A DNA stretch of 64,000 nucleotides from Paramoeba atlantica (lineage: Eukaryota; Protista; Discosea): positions 1 to 64,000 of the forward strand of contig CDRNVI010000098.1 in assembly GCA_977017575.1 (NCBI GenBank), read 5' to 3'. The notes beneath the pieces are model-generated. The model saw only the letters and a list, made by a program, of their open reading frames with translations. It ran no database searches and was not told where the DNA came from. Positions 34,382 to 45,031 of this stretch are shown in pieces. The stretch's first letter is position 1; each line of letters starts with the position of its first letter. Made by a program: the position numbers and the translations under genes.

Positions 34382-37300
34382 TTTTTATTTTTTCATACTT
34401 TCCAGTAGAGTAAGTCGGGGGTATGACCCGCATTCAACGGGATTGCCCCCTTTTTAGAAGACAATGTCAATACGTTTCCTCCTCCGACCATGTCGCCTCA
34501 TTTCGGCGAGCCCAGAGTATGTAACTCCCCCTGAGGGCCATCTGTGTCATGCTTTCTCGACACTTTGTGGCCAAAATATGGTCGCCGTTAAAGATGGCAT
34601 TAATATATTTGCATGACCCATTGGGGAATCCCCGGGCACCTATTTCAAAGGCTATTATGTAGGTGTCCGGGTTTTCCTGTCGCCGTGTATGTAAAAGGAT
34701 GTTGTACTTCTCGGATTTTCTCCGATGAGCGTTCTCCGCATTCTCCTCCCATGGGACTGTGAGTTCGATGAGGAACTCTGTCCCATTGTGAAGTTTAATG
34801 TAACCGTCGGGACGGAGCAGTGTATCGTGTTCCCTCAGCCAAGCTGGTGGGTTACGCTCTCCTGGTAGGTCGAAATATGAAAACTCAGTTCCCTGTGCTT
34901 CCCTAATATGTTTCGCAAATTCGGCAAGGACAAGGTTATGACGGAAAGTATATCGTCCTTGCTGAAGTGAAGTGGTGCAGGCGGAAAGGGTGTGTCTGAC
35001 GGTTTGCACTCGGTCGTTGCAAATAGGGCATTTCATGTTACTGTAGGTGCTGCGGCCCCATTGAACAAGCGCTGCTCGGGAAGGGAGCGGTGTAAGAGGG
35101 AAGGGAGCGGTGTCATGACGGATGCTACAAAGCGGGAGATCTTCGCATTCCGGATCCCATTTATGGCAGAAGCGAATTCTTGGGCCATTTCTGGATCCGT
35201 AGGAAACTGCCACCATAGGGCTGCGATGGGCGCGCGTTGCTGCAAGCGCGTGATTATTTCCTCCTCATGTGCTTCACGAAGCCGTTGACGAGTCATTCGG
35301 GGATCATCCAGATGTTCTGTAATTAAAGTAGCGGGTCGTATTTGACCTCTTTGACGTTTGTGTTGCTCTTCCTGTATGCGTATGCGAAGTGTATGTAGGA
35401 CATTTGGATCTTTGGATTTGTTCATTTGCGTCATAGATTCTCCCGTGCATTCGTACCAAAGTTTTGACAGACTCGTAAGGTTCCAGCCTCGGCAAGAGTA
35501 CAGGACTTCAGAGCTTCCGGCACGCGCCATGTTTATCCATTTCCGTATGTGAGACGTGGCTCGCTTCTGAAGGCGTAGCACGGATCCGAATAACGATGGG
35601 TGAAATTAACGACGGGTGAATAACGAACTGAAAACGGAGACGTGAGAGAACGGCATTTTTGTACATCAAAAGCTTAGCGGGAAGGCTGTGGGCACTTTGT
35701 GTGATGTTCTCCATCCACTGTTTTAGTTTTGAGTCGAGTTTACGAAACAGCTCTTTCAGTTGTTGGGACCCCGGTGCCAAGGTCGTCCCGAGGAAGGTGC
35801 TACCGACATCACATATGTGTGGTATGGTCTCTCCGTAGACTTTTATTTCCGGACGTCTTGTCATATAGCCTGGATGTTCCTCGCCTTTACGGGTGCTCAT
35901 GCACTGTATTCGACTCTTGTTCACGTTAATCTTAAGGCTTAGCTCGCCCAGCACTTTGGTAACTGCATCAAGTGCGTGTTGCATGTCTCCGTCGCTTTCA
36001 GTAAGAATAGTTAAGTCATCAGCAAAAGCCTTAAGGAAGTTGTTCAGACCGTTTGGGAGTTTCATACCGAAGTGCGGGCAGGAGAATCGGACATATCGCA
36101 AAACAATTTCCATCACTATCAGGAAGACAATAGGAGAGAGGGTATCCCCTTGGAGGACACCTTTTCGTATAGAGATAGGTTGCGTAAGACCTTCGTAGCA
36201 CTTAATGCGCATGTGCGCATCCGTTAGGGTATTTTTGATGTAGTGGATGACCTCCGGCGGTACTTGGGCCCATTTCAGAGCGGCATGTATGATATGATGT
36301 GGGACAGACCCGAAGGCATTGCTCAGGTCGAGTTGTGCGAGGCAATATTGAGTTTTGTGTTTCTGGTAATGTCGCAGGAGTGAGCAAAGAGTTTGGGTGT
36401 GTTCCAGTGTACCGTTAATGGAAGGGAGAAAGCCTTTTTGTATTTGAGGGTCAATGACATGGTGTTCAGTCAGGTGTTGAGTCAGTCGATGTGCGATGAT
36501 CGTGTGAAAGGTTTTACCTAGAGCACTAGTAAGGGAGATCGGGCGCCAGTTTTTCGGATTTTCTTTGTTACCTGCTTTATATATCAGCCTGGTTACTGCG
36601 GTTTTCCATGATAGCGGGCACACAGAGAAAGTCATTAGATCGTTGAACACAGATGCAAAGTATTCGTGTGTCGATGGGCAGTTTTTGAGTATTTTGTTAG
36701 TTATCGTGTCGGTTCCTGGAGAACTGGCGTTGCGCTTCATTGTGACAGCTGCAGTGACATCCTCACGGGAGATCGGGTTCCATTGCATTGGCTGGCTAGC
36801 TGTCGGACCTAGTAGATCTGAAGGAGGGAGACGCGAGGATTGCTCATTGGGGTTAAAACTTTCTTGAAAGTATGATTCAATGCTAGATCTGTCACAGCTG
36901 GGAAATGCGGTGTTTTCTACCTCTCTTCCGTTAGGCTTATCAATCGTTTCGGATGCCGCGGTCCACGAGTTTCTAGAGAATCTCTGTGCGGCCCATCTTT
37001 CATCTAGATCTCTGCGTTGCATTGTAGCTTCCTCCTCCCTCAGCTTGATCGCTTTGCGACATTCCTTAATTTGTGCCCGCGTTCTCTCGCGTTCCGCCCG
37101 GTTCCTCGTGTAACGTAGCGATCGTTTCATCGTTTCTAAATGGTGTTTGAGATCGGTTACGGTTCTTTCCGCCGCGAGTGGTCGGTATCTACGTCGTGCA
37201 TGTCCGGTACTGGTCCTTATCAGGAAACCTTTCGTCGGATTTGCTTCTATGGCGACTTCATGTGCTGAGACTGCTAATGCGGCACTGAGTAATTCCGCGT

Positions 37301-39504
37301 TTCGTACAGCTGCCTCTTTATCCGGTGTAGGGGTAAGTAGTTGAATGCATCTCTCTTTCGCTCTCGATTCGACAATCCGCCACTGTACCTCATTTAGTCG
37401 TATCGTAACCTTACCTCCGCTTATGGCTTCGTGCTTCTGGAGAAGTTGCGTTTGCAATCTGGTTCGAGAGTAGGCTTCTTGCTCGGGGGAGGCAGGGTAC
37501 TCTGCAGCCGGAGGAGGGCTGTTCGGGTGCTGGATGGCTGCTGCATCGGTCTCTGAGTCTTCGGTGTCTCTTTGCGTAGTGTTCCTCCGGGCATACACTG
37601 GTCCGTATACTTTGCAGCACTTGTGGGCACATTCCACTTTGTTTCGACATGTGTGCTGACACGGGTGCAAACTAAGCTTCGTAGGTGCCCTACTGATAGT
37701 TTGGATGCGGTGAGGGGATGCTTCTCGGCGCGGGTTCTTTTCATAGTGTACGTCTGAGGGATCTTCCTCCCGCTTATGTAGTGTAATATGCAGATGTTGA
37801 AGGAGGGGCACATCCCGTCCGGCAAGAACCTTGAGGATTGCGCGGCCGAGTGCTCCCGCGGAGCTGTATGACTCACCAAGTTTGAAGGTATCATCTTTGT
37901 AGAGGGAAGTCCAGCTGGCGTGCCGTCGGTGTTCTTGCGCGTGCGCTTGTTTTACAACCCTTATGTAGTCACATCCCTGGTGATCCATGAGCTCGTCCAG
38001 TGAGGCTGGCTGAACAATTAGGTCGTGGGAGCTTCCGTTCCCTGAAAGCATTTTACTGAGTGCCGCTTGCGCTGCTTGATGAGAAGCAATTCTGGCCTTG
38101 ACTAGAGGGGATTCGCTGGCGGCCCGGACGTCTGGAAAATACCGCCAGGTGAGATCTGTGAGTGTTCTTATTTTTAAGGGGCGCGCCCGGCTTTGGACAA
38201 AATGAAGATTTTGTTTGTGTTGAAGCGATGCACTCAGTCCAGTAGGTGTTGTGGCGGCGTCATCTAGGTTTCCCGAGTGTTGGTTGTTGAACACCCAGGT
38301 GGGAACTTCGTCCGTGCTTTCTTCCAGTAGGATGTGATGGTCTACGGAGACGCTAGGTACCGGTAGTGGGGAAGGGAGGCGAGCGAGCACCTCGGGATAC
38401 AGAGATTCTGTATTTTGGTTTTCGTATCCAGGGATCTCGTCGTTTTTAGTGGCACTGCATGAGGTAGCTATCGAGGCGTCGTTTTTGCTGTCGCAGTTTG
38501 GTTGCTCGGGAGCGCGATTTTCAAGGTGCAATAGTGGATTCGTACAATTGGGTTCATCATTCTCTGCTTGTACATTATGCGCGCTTGGAGCTTTGGGGGT
38601 AAGGAAGTCTATGTACCAGAGAAAGATGCGTAGTGGTAATTTTACAAGTTCCAAAATGATGGTCGATGTTGATGTCTTCTTGGTCTTCGCAAGTAGCAAC
38701 CAAAGTTCATCGTATTTCCGTGAGACAGGCGTTTTGAAGTTGGAGAGGGTTAGATAGATCTGGTTGATTGCCACTGGAACTAGAGGTATGCTGCTTCGCA
38801 AAAGACTGAGCGCATACCATGTGAGTGCGAATATTAAGTGGACAAGTGTGCAGAATAGTTTCATGAGGTACTTCACGTTATGAAATAGTATTGCAACCTT
38901 GAGGGTCTGCTCCGTGTAGGGGTTGCTCGTTTGATCTGGAGTAGTGTGTACTAAGTGGCGTTTGCAGCAGGCATGCTTGCATGTGTTTTTGTTTAGACAT
39001 TTATGTTTACATGGCTTCGTTTGAGGTGGTTCTGTAGAGTTTCAGCAATATGCAGGTTGGGTTACGAAGTAGGGTATTTTCATGAATATTGTCGCCAGTA
39101 ATGCTTCGATGATGCAATATACTCTCCCGAAGAATCTCGGTGGGGTGCTTATATTCGTCAAGTTCGGTGCTGTAGGAATATCGATTTTGTTTATGCGAGG
39201 CTGTTGCCTCTTACAACACGGGTGAAGACATGTTCGTTTGTTGAGGCACCTGTGTTTACATGGTGTTCCGTGGGTCATGGGGGTTTGCGGTACCATATTT
39301 GCAGTCACTAGTTCGGTTGGCGTGACGCATGATGGTGGTTCGGAGGGGGCACCATTCTCGTCGACGGGACGTCCATGGTCTAAGAGATCAACGGTTGACA
39401 TATCAACGCCGCGTGGTCCTCCCGTAAGGTCCTGCGGCGCATCAGCATGAGTGCAATGTGAAGGGGGTCGCGTCATTGTAACGATAAAGATAAGAGAAAA
39501 AAAA
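34382..39504 (-). mobile_element. Full-length RLE-type non-LTR retrotransposon (HERO-like), copy 2
   Basis: ATG at 39476; in-frame TGA at 39042-39044; Cys/His fingers; RT (ORF 35508-38876); frameshifts; RLE (34467-35216); 3' tail identical to copy 1. Confidence 0.92.
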
Positions 39505-39536
39505 CAACAAGGTACAGAAACTGTATCTTTATCGTT
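39505..39536 (-). other. SL exon at the 5' end of LINE copy 2
   Basis: AACGATAAAGATACAGTTTCTGTACCTTGTTG; last 21 nt identical to 33860-33880; not followed by GT. Confidence 0.8.
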
Positions 39537-40237
39537 CAAATTACACGTGTTTCATAAGTGATTTGTTGCGTCCAGAAGGTGCGCCTCTGGCGGCGAAGTG
39601 TTTTCGGCATAAAATGGGTTAGAAAGAGTTAAATGGTATTTTATTCATAGTTTGATGCGCTAAAATGACAAAAAATGATAAAAATCTGATTTTTTGCAGA
39701 ATTTGTGGTTAAGAATTTCAGTAATTTATTCTCAAGTCGTCATATCAGCTTCAGGGGCGGCAACAATGGTGCCAGTAGTCTTAAAATTTCGAGATCTGTT
39801 GAATGCCGTAGGAATTAGGTCAAAAGCTCGCACGATACAAATTTTAGACCCCCTCCACCTTTTTCGTGACCCCCCCTGTATAGTAGCGATGCCGCATTTT
39901 ATGCATACCCCCCTACTATTCGCAATAAAAAAAGTTAAGAACACGATCCTACGAATATTGAGACGCATAGGTTCGCGTAATAAATACGTTTCAAGACTCT
40001 TCTTGAATCCACGACGGAGGAATGTTCCACCATGCTCGAGTAGGCATGTGACTGCGGGCTATTGTTCCATTAAGCCCAGGATTCCCTGTTATGTCGAATC
40101 CAGCAACAGGCTTTGCAAGATTCGAGTGCACCAGACAGGAAAGATCCACAAATCCGGTGAATTGACAATTGGATACATTTAACACATCAATGTTGGGAGG
40201 TAAATGGGCAAAGTCCAGCTCTCCTGTGAATAAATTG
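39537..40237. repeat. Right copy of the ~700-bp direct repeat
   Basis: See 32668-34381. Confidence 0.85.
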
Positions 40238-40602
40238 TTTTGAACCCACAAGTTCAGCAAAAGTTCAGGCAGGGCTGAGAAGTCAACATCGCCACCCAAC
40301 TGATTCGTCATCACCCGGGCTCGTTGTATCGTACGCGGTAAATACAGCCAATGTAATGATCCTTTCAGCGCACGTGAATACCAGCTTACTTCGCTTATAC
40401 TTTTAGATTCGTCACATTCCACACCGTTCCACTCGCAGGCAGGCGTATGCGTATCCCACGAGGGGTGCGGGTTCCTAACATCACGGACAAATTTAGCAAG
40501 TTCGTATTCCTGCGGCAGAGCAACGCCCTTTACCTTACCTGGGCGCGCTGCTGGGGGTGTAGCGTCGGCTGCCTCACACAATAGGAGCGAAGAACGTGGC
40601 AT
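39991..40602 (-). CDS. Short LRR protein (subfamily 2), intact
   Basis: Paralog of 22505 and 26926. Confidence 0.8.
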   Translation of the reverse strand: MPRSSLLLCEAADATPPAARPGKVKGVALPQEYELAKFVRDVRNPHPSWDTHTPACEWNGVECDESKSISEVSWYSRALKGSLHWLYLPRTIQRARVMTNQLGGDVDFSALPELLLNLWVQNNLFTGELDFAHLPPNIDVLNVSNCQFTGFVDLSCLVHSNLAKPVAGFDITGNPGLNGTIARSHMPTRAWWNIPPSWIQEES

Positions 40603-41009
40603 AATATTCTCCGGAATGAACTCGGTTGATTAAAGCTACATGTATGTAGTTCTAGAAATAAAGAATTTGCAATTGTAGTTTTATCAATTGTTTTCCATAC
40701 ATAATAAAGCATATTCCAGGATAGTATACCTTGTAGGTATATTAAATGGGTACGGTATACTAAATGTTGTCTAAAAAGCCAAAAAAACGCGGCGCTTCGT
40801 GGCGCATTCCTTATCTGTAGTTGCTAGAAAAATGGTGGATTGGCCTTCAAATAAGATTTCTTGGGTTGCGCTTGCTAGAAAAGTTGCTCTGTCGCTTCTA
40901 AAAATGGGACGTCTACCGCTTATGTTGTGTTGAAGGGGGTAGGTTTGCAAAATGGCCTTGGGTAGTAGGTCCCGAAATTATTAATGATCTTTTTGCGATT
41001 TTTCTTTTT

Positions 41010-41108
41010 TAGGCTCTTCGTTAAACGCGGAGGTAGTTTTCAACGCGAAGCGCGACGCATGAGTGACTTCTAAGTTGAAAACAACTACCGCGTTTAACGA
41101 AGAGGCTA
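41010..41108. mobile_element. ~100-bp palindromic MITE, copy 2
   Basis: Matches 513-611. Confidence 0.8.
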
Positions 41109-41131
41109 ATAAAGAAAAATTGTCATTAATA

Positions 41132-41748
41132 CTACAAATTCATGTATACTTCACGGCGCTGCTCTCCGTTCGACGTTGTAATCTGTGTGTACTGGAAATC
41201 ATAACTCAAGTAGGCGCAGTATAAAGCTACGTCGAAAACCCCATGAAGGTTTCCATTCATTTCTAACGAAAGAACCCGAAGAGTTGAAGGAAGTGAGCTC
41301 AAATCTACGGTCCCGGTAAAAAACATTCGATTACTTAGCAATTGCCTTAACATAGGCGGTAGGCAAAGAAGATTGGGTGTACCAGTGAAATCATTTCCAG
41401 CTATCAAAATATGCGTCATGTTCGGAGGAAACTCTTCAAAAGGAACTTCACCTCGTAAGCCTCACTGCTGTATGTTGAGAAAAACTAAGCTTGCTGGGAG
41501 GTATTTCCAAACTAGTACTCCACGCAGCTCCCGGAGACGCCAATCAATTTTATCAACTTGTTTCTTCTCATTGCATGCAATGCCGACCCATTCACACGCA
41601 GGTGCTTTTTATCTGCGTTTTCAACAAGTCTCTCTAAATTATATTCGTCTGGTAAAGAAATAGAACGGATTTTTGCTGCACGGCGATTGTTTGCAGATTG
41701 AGTGTCTGTCGTACGCAGCGCGCAGGCAAACGCAACGAAGATGAACAT
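41132..41748 (-). pseudogene. Frameshifted LRR gene
   Basis: AAKIRSISLPDEYNLERL cap; GNDFTGTPNL...LPSTLRVLSL. Confidence 0.7.
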
Positions 41749-41913
41749 TAAAAGTAGAAAGACAAAAACACACTGAGCTAAAATTATTTTATTCTTTTTT
41801 CGAACACAACTTTATACAACAGTAAAATCGGCACCTTAACGCTCAGTAAATGCTGAAGAACTTAAAATGAGTGCATAATAAGGGTTGCGGAGAGTTTTCG
41901 CGGGAGATATCTT

Positions 41914-42774
41914 TTAAGAACGAACGTGTCCAATGTAAGGAGTACGCACTTTGGGATTGCAGCTTCTCTCCCGGATCCTGCGCAACGCTCCTCCATACCA
42001 CATAATTTGTAGGGCAATGAGCCCATTTAATACGCAGCTGAGTGCATGCTGGGTAGCAAGAACCACTTTTCCTTGATCGAGTGCCACACGGACCAGAGTG
42101 GTAAGAACACGCACCGCAGACCCCGCAGACGAAAGAAAGAACGTTGTAAAACTTAACACCCCGGTGGTATGTCGGGAATAATTGACAATGAGCTGTGGAA
42201 TCCGCGAACACAGCGAGGCGGCGGTTTGTATAGCGAATAAGAAACAGGAGTAGTGAGTAAAAGGCAAAATACGACCCGGGATCACAACAATCCCGGTCAG
42301 AGAGATGAGAAGCGCAGACCAAACAAGCGCCGGATTCCGGGAGTGATCTGCTACGAAATGTTTTGGCACTGTACTCAAACGCGTACCTTGTAGGAATCGC
42401 GGCAATGAAGATATTGATTTCTGAGTATTTTTCGTGGTTATGCGTTGCCTTGTACTTTTGGCTGTTGTCTTTTCCGCTACCGATGGGGTTCGATACCAGA
42501 AATAGAGATAAAGGATTACTGTGTTTTGTGTGAGTAAAATAAGTGCCTCACCAAAATCCCAGAAAGATAATTTGTTTAAAAGCGCAGTCTGAGCTACTGC
42601 GAGAAGTGACAGAATATCAAGCATCACCATGGCCAAGCTGAGATTCTGAACACTTCTTAATTTGATGATTCGAAACAATTGTGGAAATTTCACGGCGGCG
42701 GAGCCTAGAACAATAAAAACGCTTACATAATAGGAGACGAGGTCCATCGTTTCTACATTAACGGGCATATTCAT
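41914..42774 (-). CDS. PQ-loop protein, mannose-P-dolichol utilization defect 1 (MPDU1/Lec35)-like
   Basis: Two PQ loops (VKFPQLFRIIKLRSVQNLS; SRIPQLIVNY...TGVLSF) with transmembrane helices. Confidence 0.8.
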   Translation of the reverse strand: MNMPVNVETMDLVSYYVSVFIVLGSAAVKFPQLFRIIKLRSVQNLSLAMVMLDILSLLAVAQTALLNKLSFWDFGEALILLTQNTVILYLYFWYRTPSVAEKTTAKSTRQRITTKNTQKSISSLPRFLQGTRLSTVPKHFVADHSRNPALVWSALLISLTGIVVIPGRILPFTHYSCFLFAIQTAASLCSRIPQLIVNYSRHTTGVLSFTTFFLSSAGSAVRVLTTLVRVALDQGKVVLATQHALSCVLNGLIALQIMWYGGALRRIRERSCNPKVRTPYIGHVRS

Positions 42775-43373
42775 GGATCACCACGTTTTCTAAGGCTAAG
42801 TTACGGATCACGCTAATGAAATTAGAATTATTACTGAATCATAATACTTTTCTATGATTTTTTCTGTTCCCTCCCTATTATGTAAACGAAGGGTTTGTGC
42901 ACGAATTCTACTTCTATTTCTCACTTGAATTTTGTAACTATTTGTACATCGCAGTATTATGAGCTACATCGTAGCTAATAATATTTGGGTTATGCAGAAA
43001 TCGCTAAATCGCAGAGTACATTCTACTAAAAATATGGGGTCCTCTCATTATGGTTTTACATTGAACTGCGAAGATCCATACATCGCGAAAGACAAATTCA
43101 ATTGGTACGAAGGCGTCCTTTGCACCTGTTGCATAAAGTTGGATTCCGCCATTCAGTTGTGTTCTGTCCTTTAAACATCCGTCGAGAACTCAACGCCGTG
43201 CATCCTGTTTGGGCTATAACATACGACACTCCTCGGACATTTCAACAGAATCCTGCACGTACCTATCTTCTCGAAAACTTCCCAACCCAGTACCAAATAC
43301 AGTACAAGTCGGGATATCTCTCCATTCAGCGTTCAATGTCTCTTTTCCGCTGTTCTCTTCCGCCATTTTCTTC

Positions 43374-44768
43374 CTACCCCCAACGATACATCAAACTCCC
43401 CCACACAAAATGCCCCACAAACAACACCACCCCAAGGGCCACAAACGGGACCATGGCGCCCATCATGAAGAGCACAAAAAGCAGCAACGGAATCAGCACC
43501 ACCCCGGCCACAAAAACATCAAAACTGGAGGACACGATACTCCGAAACGATTGAAATCCCGACACCAGCGCGTCCCGCGGGTCGCTGTACTCTGCGAGAT
43601 TCGCCGTTCGAGCCCCAAGGGTAAACGGGAGTTTCGGTAACGTCCGCAACCAGCGGGAGTAAAAAGGCCGAGAATTAAACGAGCGCAATAAGAAACCTAA
43701 ATCATGCCCGTAATAGGAAGGAGGAACAGAGTGGTCAATCACCCAATGACCCCTTTGTTTTCCACCTCCACCTTCCTCCCTTTCTCTCCTCTGTGCTAAA
43801 CCCTCTGAAACCCCCTCCTCGCTCCCTTCGACCTTCACCCCTTCCCCGTGGTCCTCCCCCTCCCACCCCCCCTCCTTTCCCCCCTTTCGCGCCCCCTCTC
43901 GTTTTTCTCCCTTTTTCTCCCCCTCCCCCCACCTCTTTTTTCCTTCTCCCCTTTCTTCACTCTCCCCCTCCACCCACCTATAGTAATACCGCCGCCCCCG
44001 CCGCACCGCCTCCCCCACACAGGCCTCCACCGACACCTGCGGCAGCAGCCGTACCCGGGCCTCCACCCCCTGCCCCCTCGAGAGCCCGTGGACCCTCTCC
44101 GCACTGACCGGCACATCCTCCAGGGTCAGGTGCGTGCAGTTCCCTTTCTTTGAATACTCAATGTATTCGACAAAGGTCTCCTCAAAGGCGGCAATCAACG
44201 CCTCCCGTATCCCGTGGAGCAGATTTTGATCCACCGGGAAGGAGGGGGCGGAGGGGGGGAGGGGGGGGAAGGCATCCCCGTGGAGGGAGAGGGAGGGGGA
44301 GGGGGCGTAGCAGTGGCCCGGGGGGTCGGGGAGGATTTGGATTTTGTTCCTTCGGGGAGAAGAAGTAGGGTTGGAAAAAAGAGGGGGGGGAAAAAAAGAG
44401 GAGCGATTTTTGGAAAGGGTATTTTGAGGGTTGGAACGACCAACGGAGATGTTGGAGCGACCCATGCCGTAGAGATCGTGGGGTTCAGATTTTGGGGGTG
44501 AAGGGTTTTGGTTTCGGTTTTGGTTTCTGAGGTTCGCTGCGGAGGACCGACGGGGGGAGGGGGTCCATTTTTCGTTTTCCTTGGAGGTTGTCTCGGAAGG
44601 GAGAGGTTTTAAGGTGTGGTAATGGAGATGGGAGCGTCGTTTGGAGCGGGGGGGGTGGGGAGGAGGAGGAGGGGAGGCGTCATAGGGTGTGATTTTTGTG
44701 AAGGTGGGGGGTTGGGGAGAGAGGAGGAGGAGGCTGTAGAGAAATAAGAGGAGAAAGCAGCGGTCCAT
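43374..44768 (-). CDS. Hypothetical protein with C-terminal hydrophobic helices
   Basis: 464-aa ORF; G/C-run-rich interior, so frame is uncertain. Confidence 0.5.
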   Translation of the reverse strand: MDRCFLLLFLYSLLLLSPQPPTFTKITPYDASPPPPPHPPRSKRRSHLHYHTLKPLPSETTSKENEKWTPSPRRSSAANLRNQNRNQNPSPPKSEPHDLYGMGRSNISVGRSNPQNTLSKNRSSFFPPPLFSNPTSSPRRNKIQILPDPPGHCYAPSPSLSLHGDAFPPLPPSAPSFPVDQNLLHGIREALIAAFEETFVEYIEYSKKGNCTHLTLEDVPVSAERVHGLSRGQGVEARVRLLPQVSVEACVGEAVRRGRRYYYRWVEGESEERGEGKKRWGEGEKKGEKREGARKGGKEGGWEGEDHGEGVKVEGSEEGVSEGLAQRREREEGGGGKQRGHWVIDHSVPPSYYGHDLGFLLRSFNSRPFYSRWLRTLPKLPFTLGARTANLAEYSDPRDALVSGFQSFRSIVSSSFDVFVAGVVLIPLLLFVLFMMGAMVPFVALGVVLFVGHFVWGSLMYRWG

Positions 44769-45031
44769 GGTGAGTTTTGAAAATAAGAAGACGGGCTAAA
44801 AATAATGTCATTTTTTGCGAGATCAAGGGGTCTTATTGTATGCAAACGTAATGAAACCTGTTTAGCCGTAGTTTAAATACATTGTGATTTTTTACATTGT
44901 ATTTTTGTGGTTTACTTCAAGTGTTTGCGCAACTTGTCTGTGTACTATTCATGTTCAAAATATACCAAAATACACTTCCTACATATAATACAAGCCAAAA
45001 ACAAAAGAATCAAGGCTTACATCTCCTTCGG

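Noticed and set aside
39505-39536. LINE inserted site-specifically into an SL RNA gene (CRE/SLACS style)
   Set aside because: The exon is complete to its 3' TTG and joins element sequence with no intron; no SL sequence lies at the LINE 3' junction; copy 1 has no SL flank.
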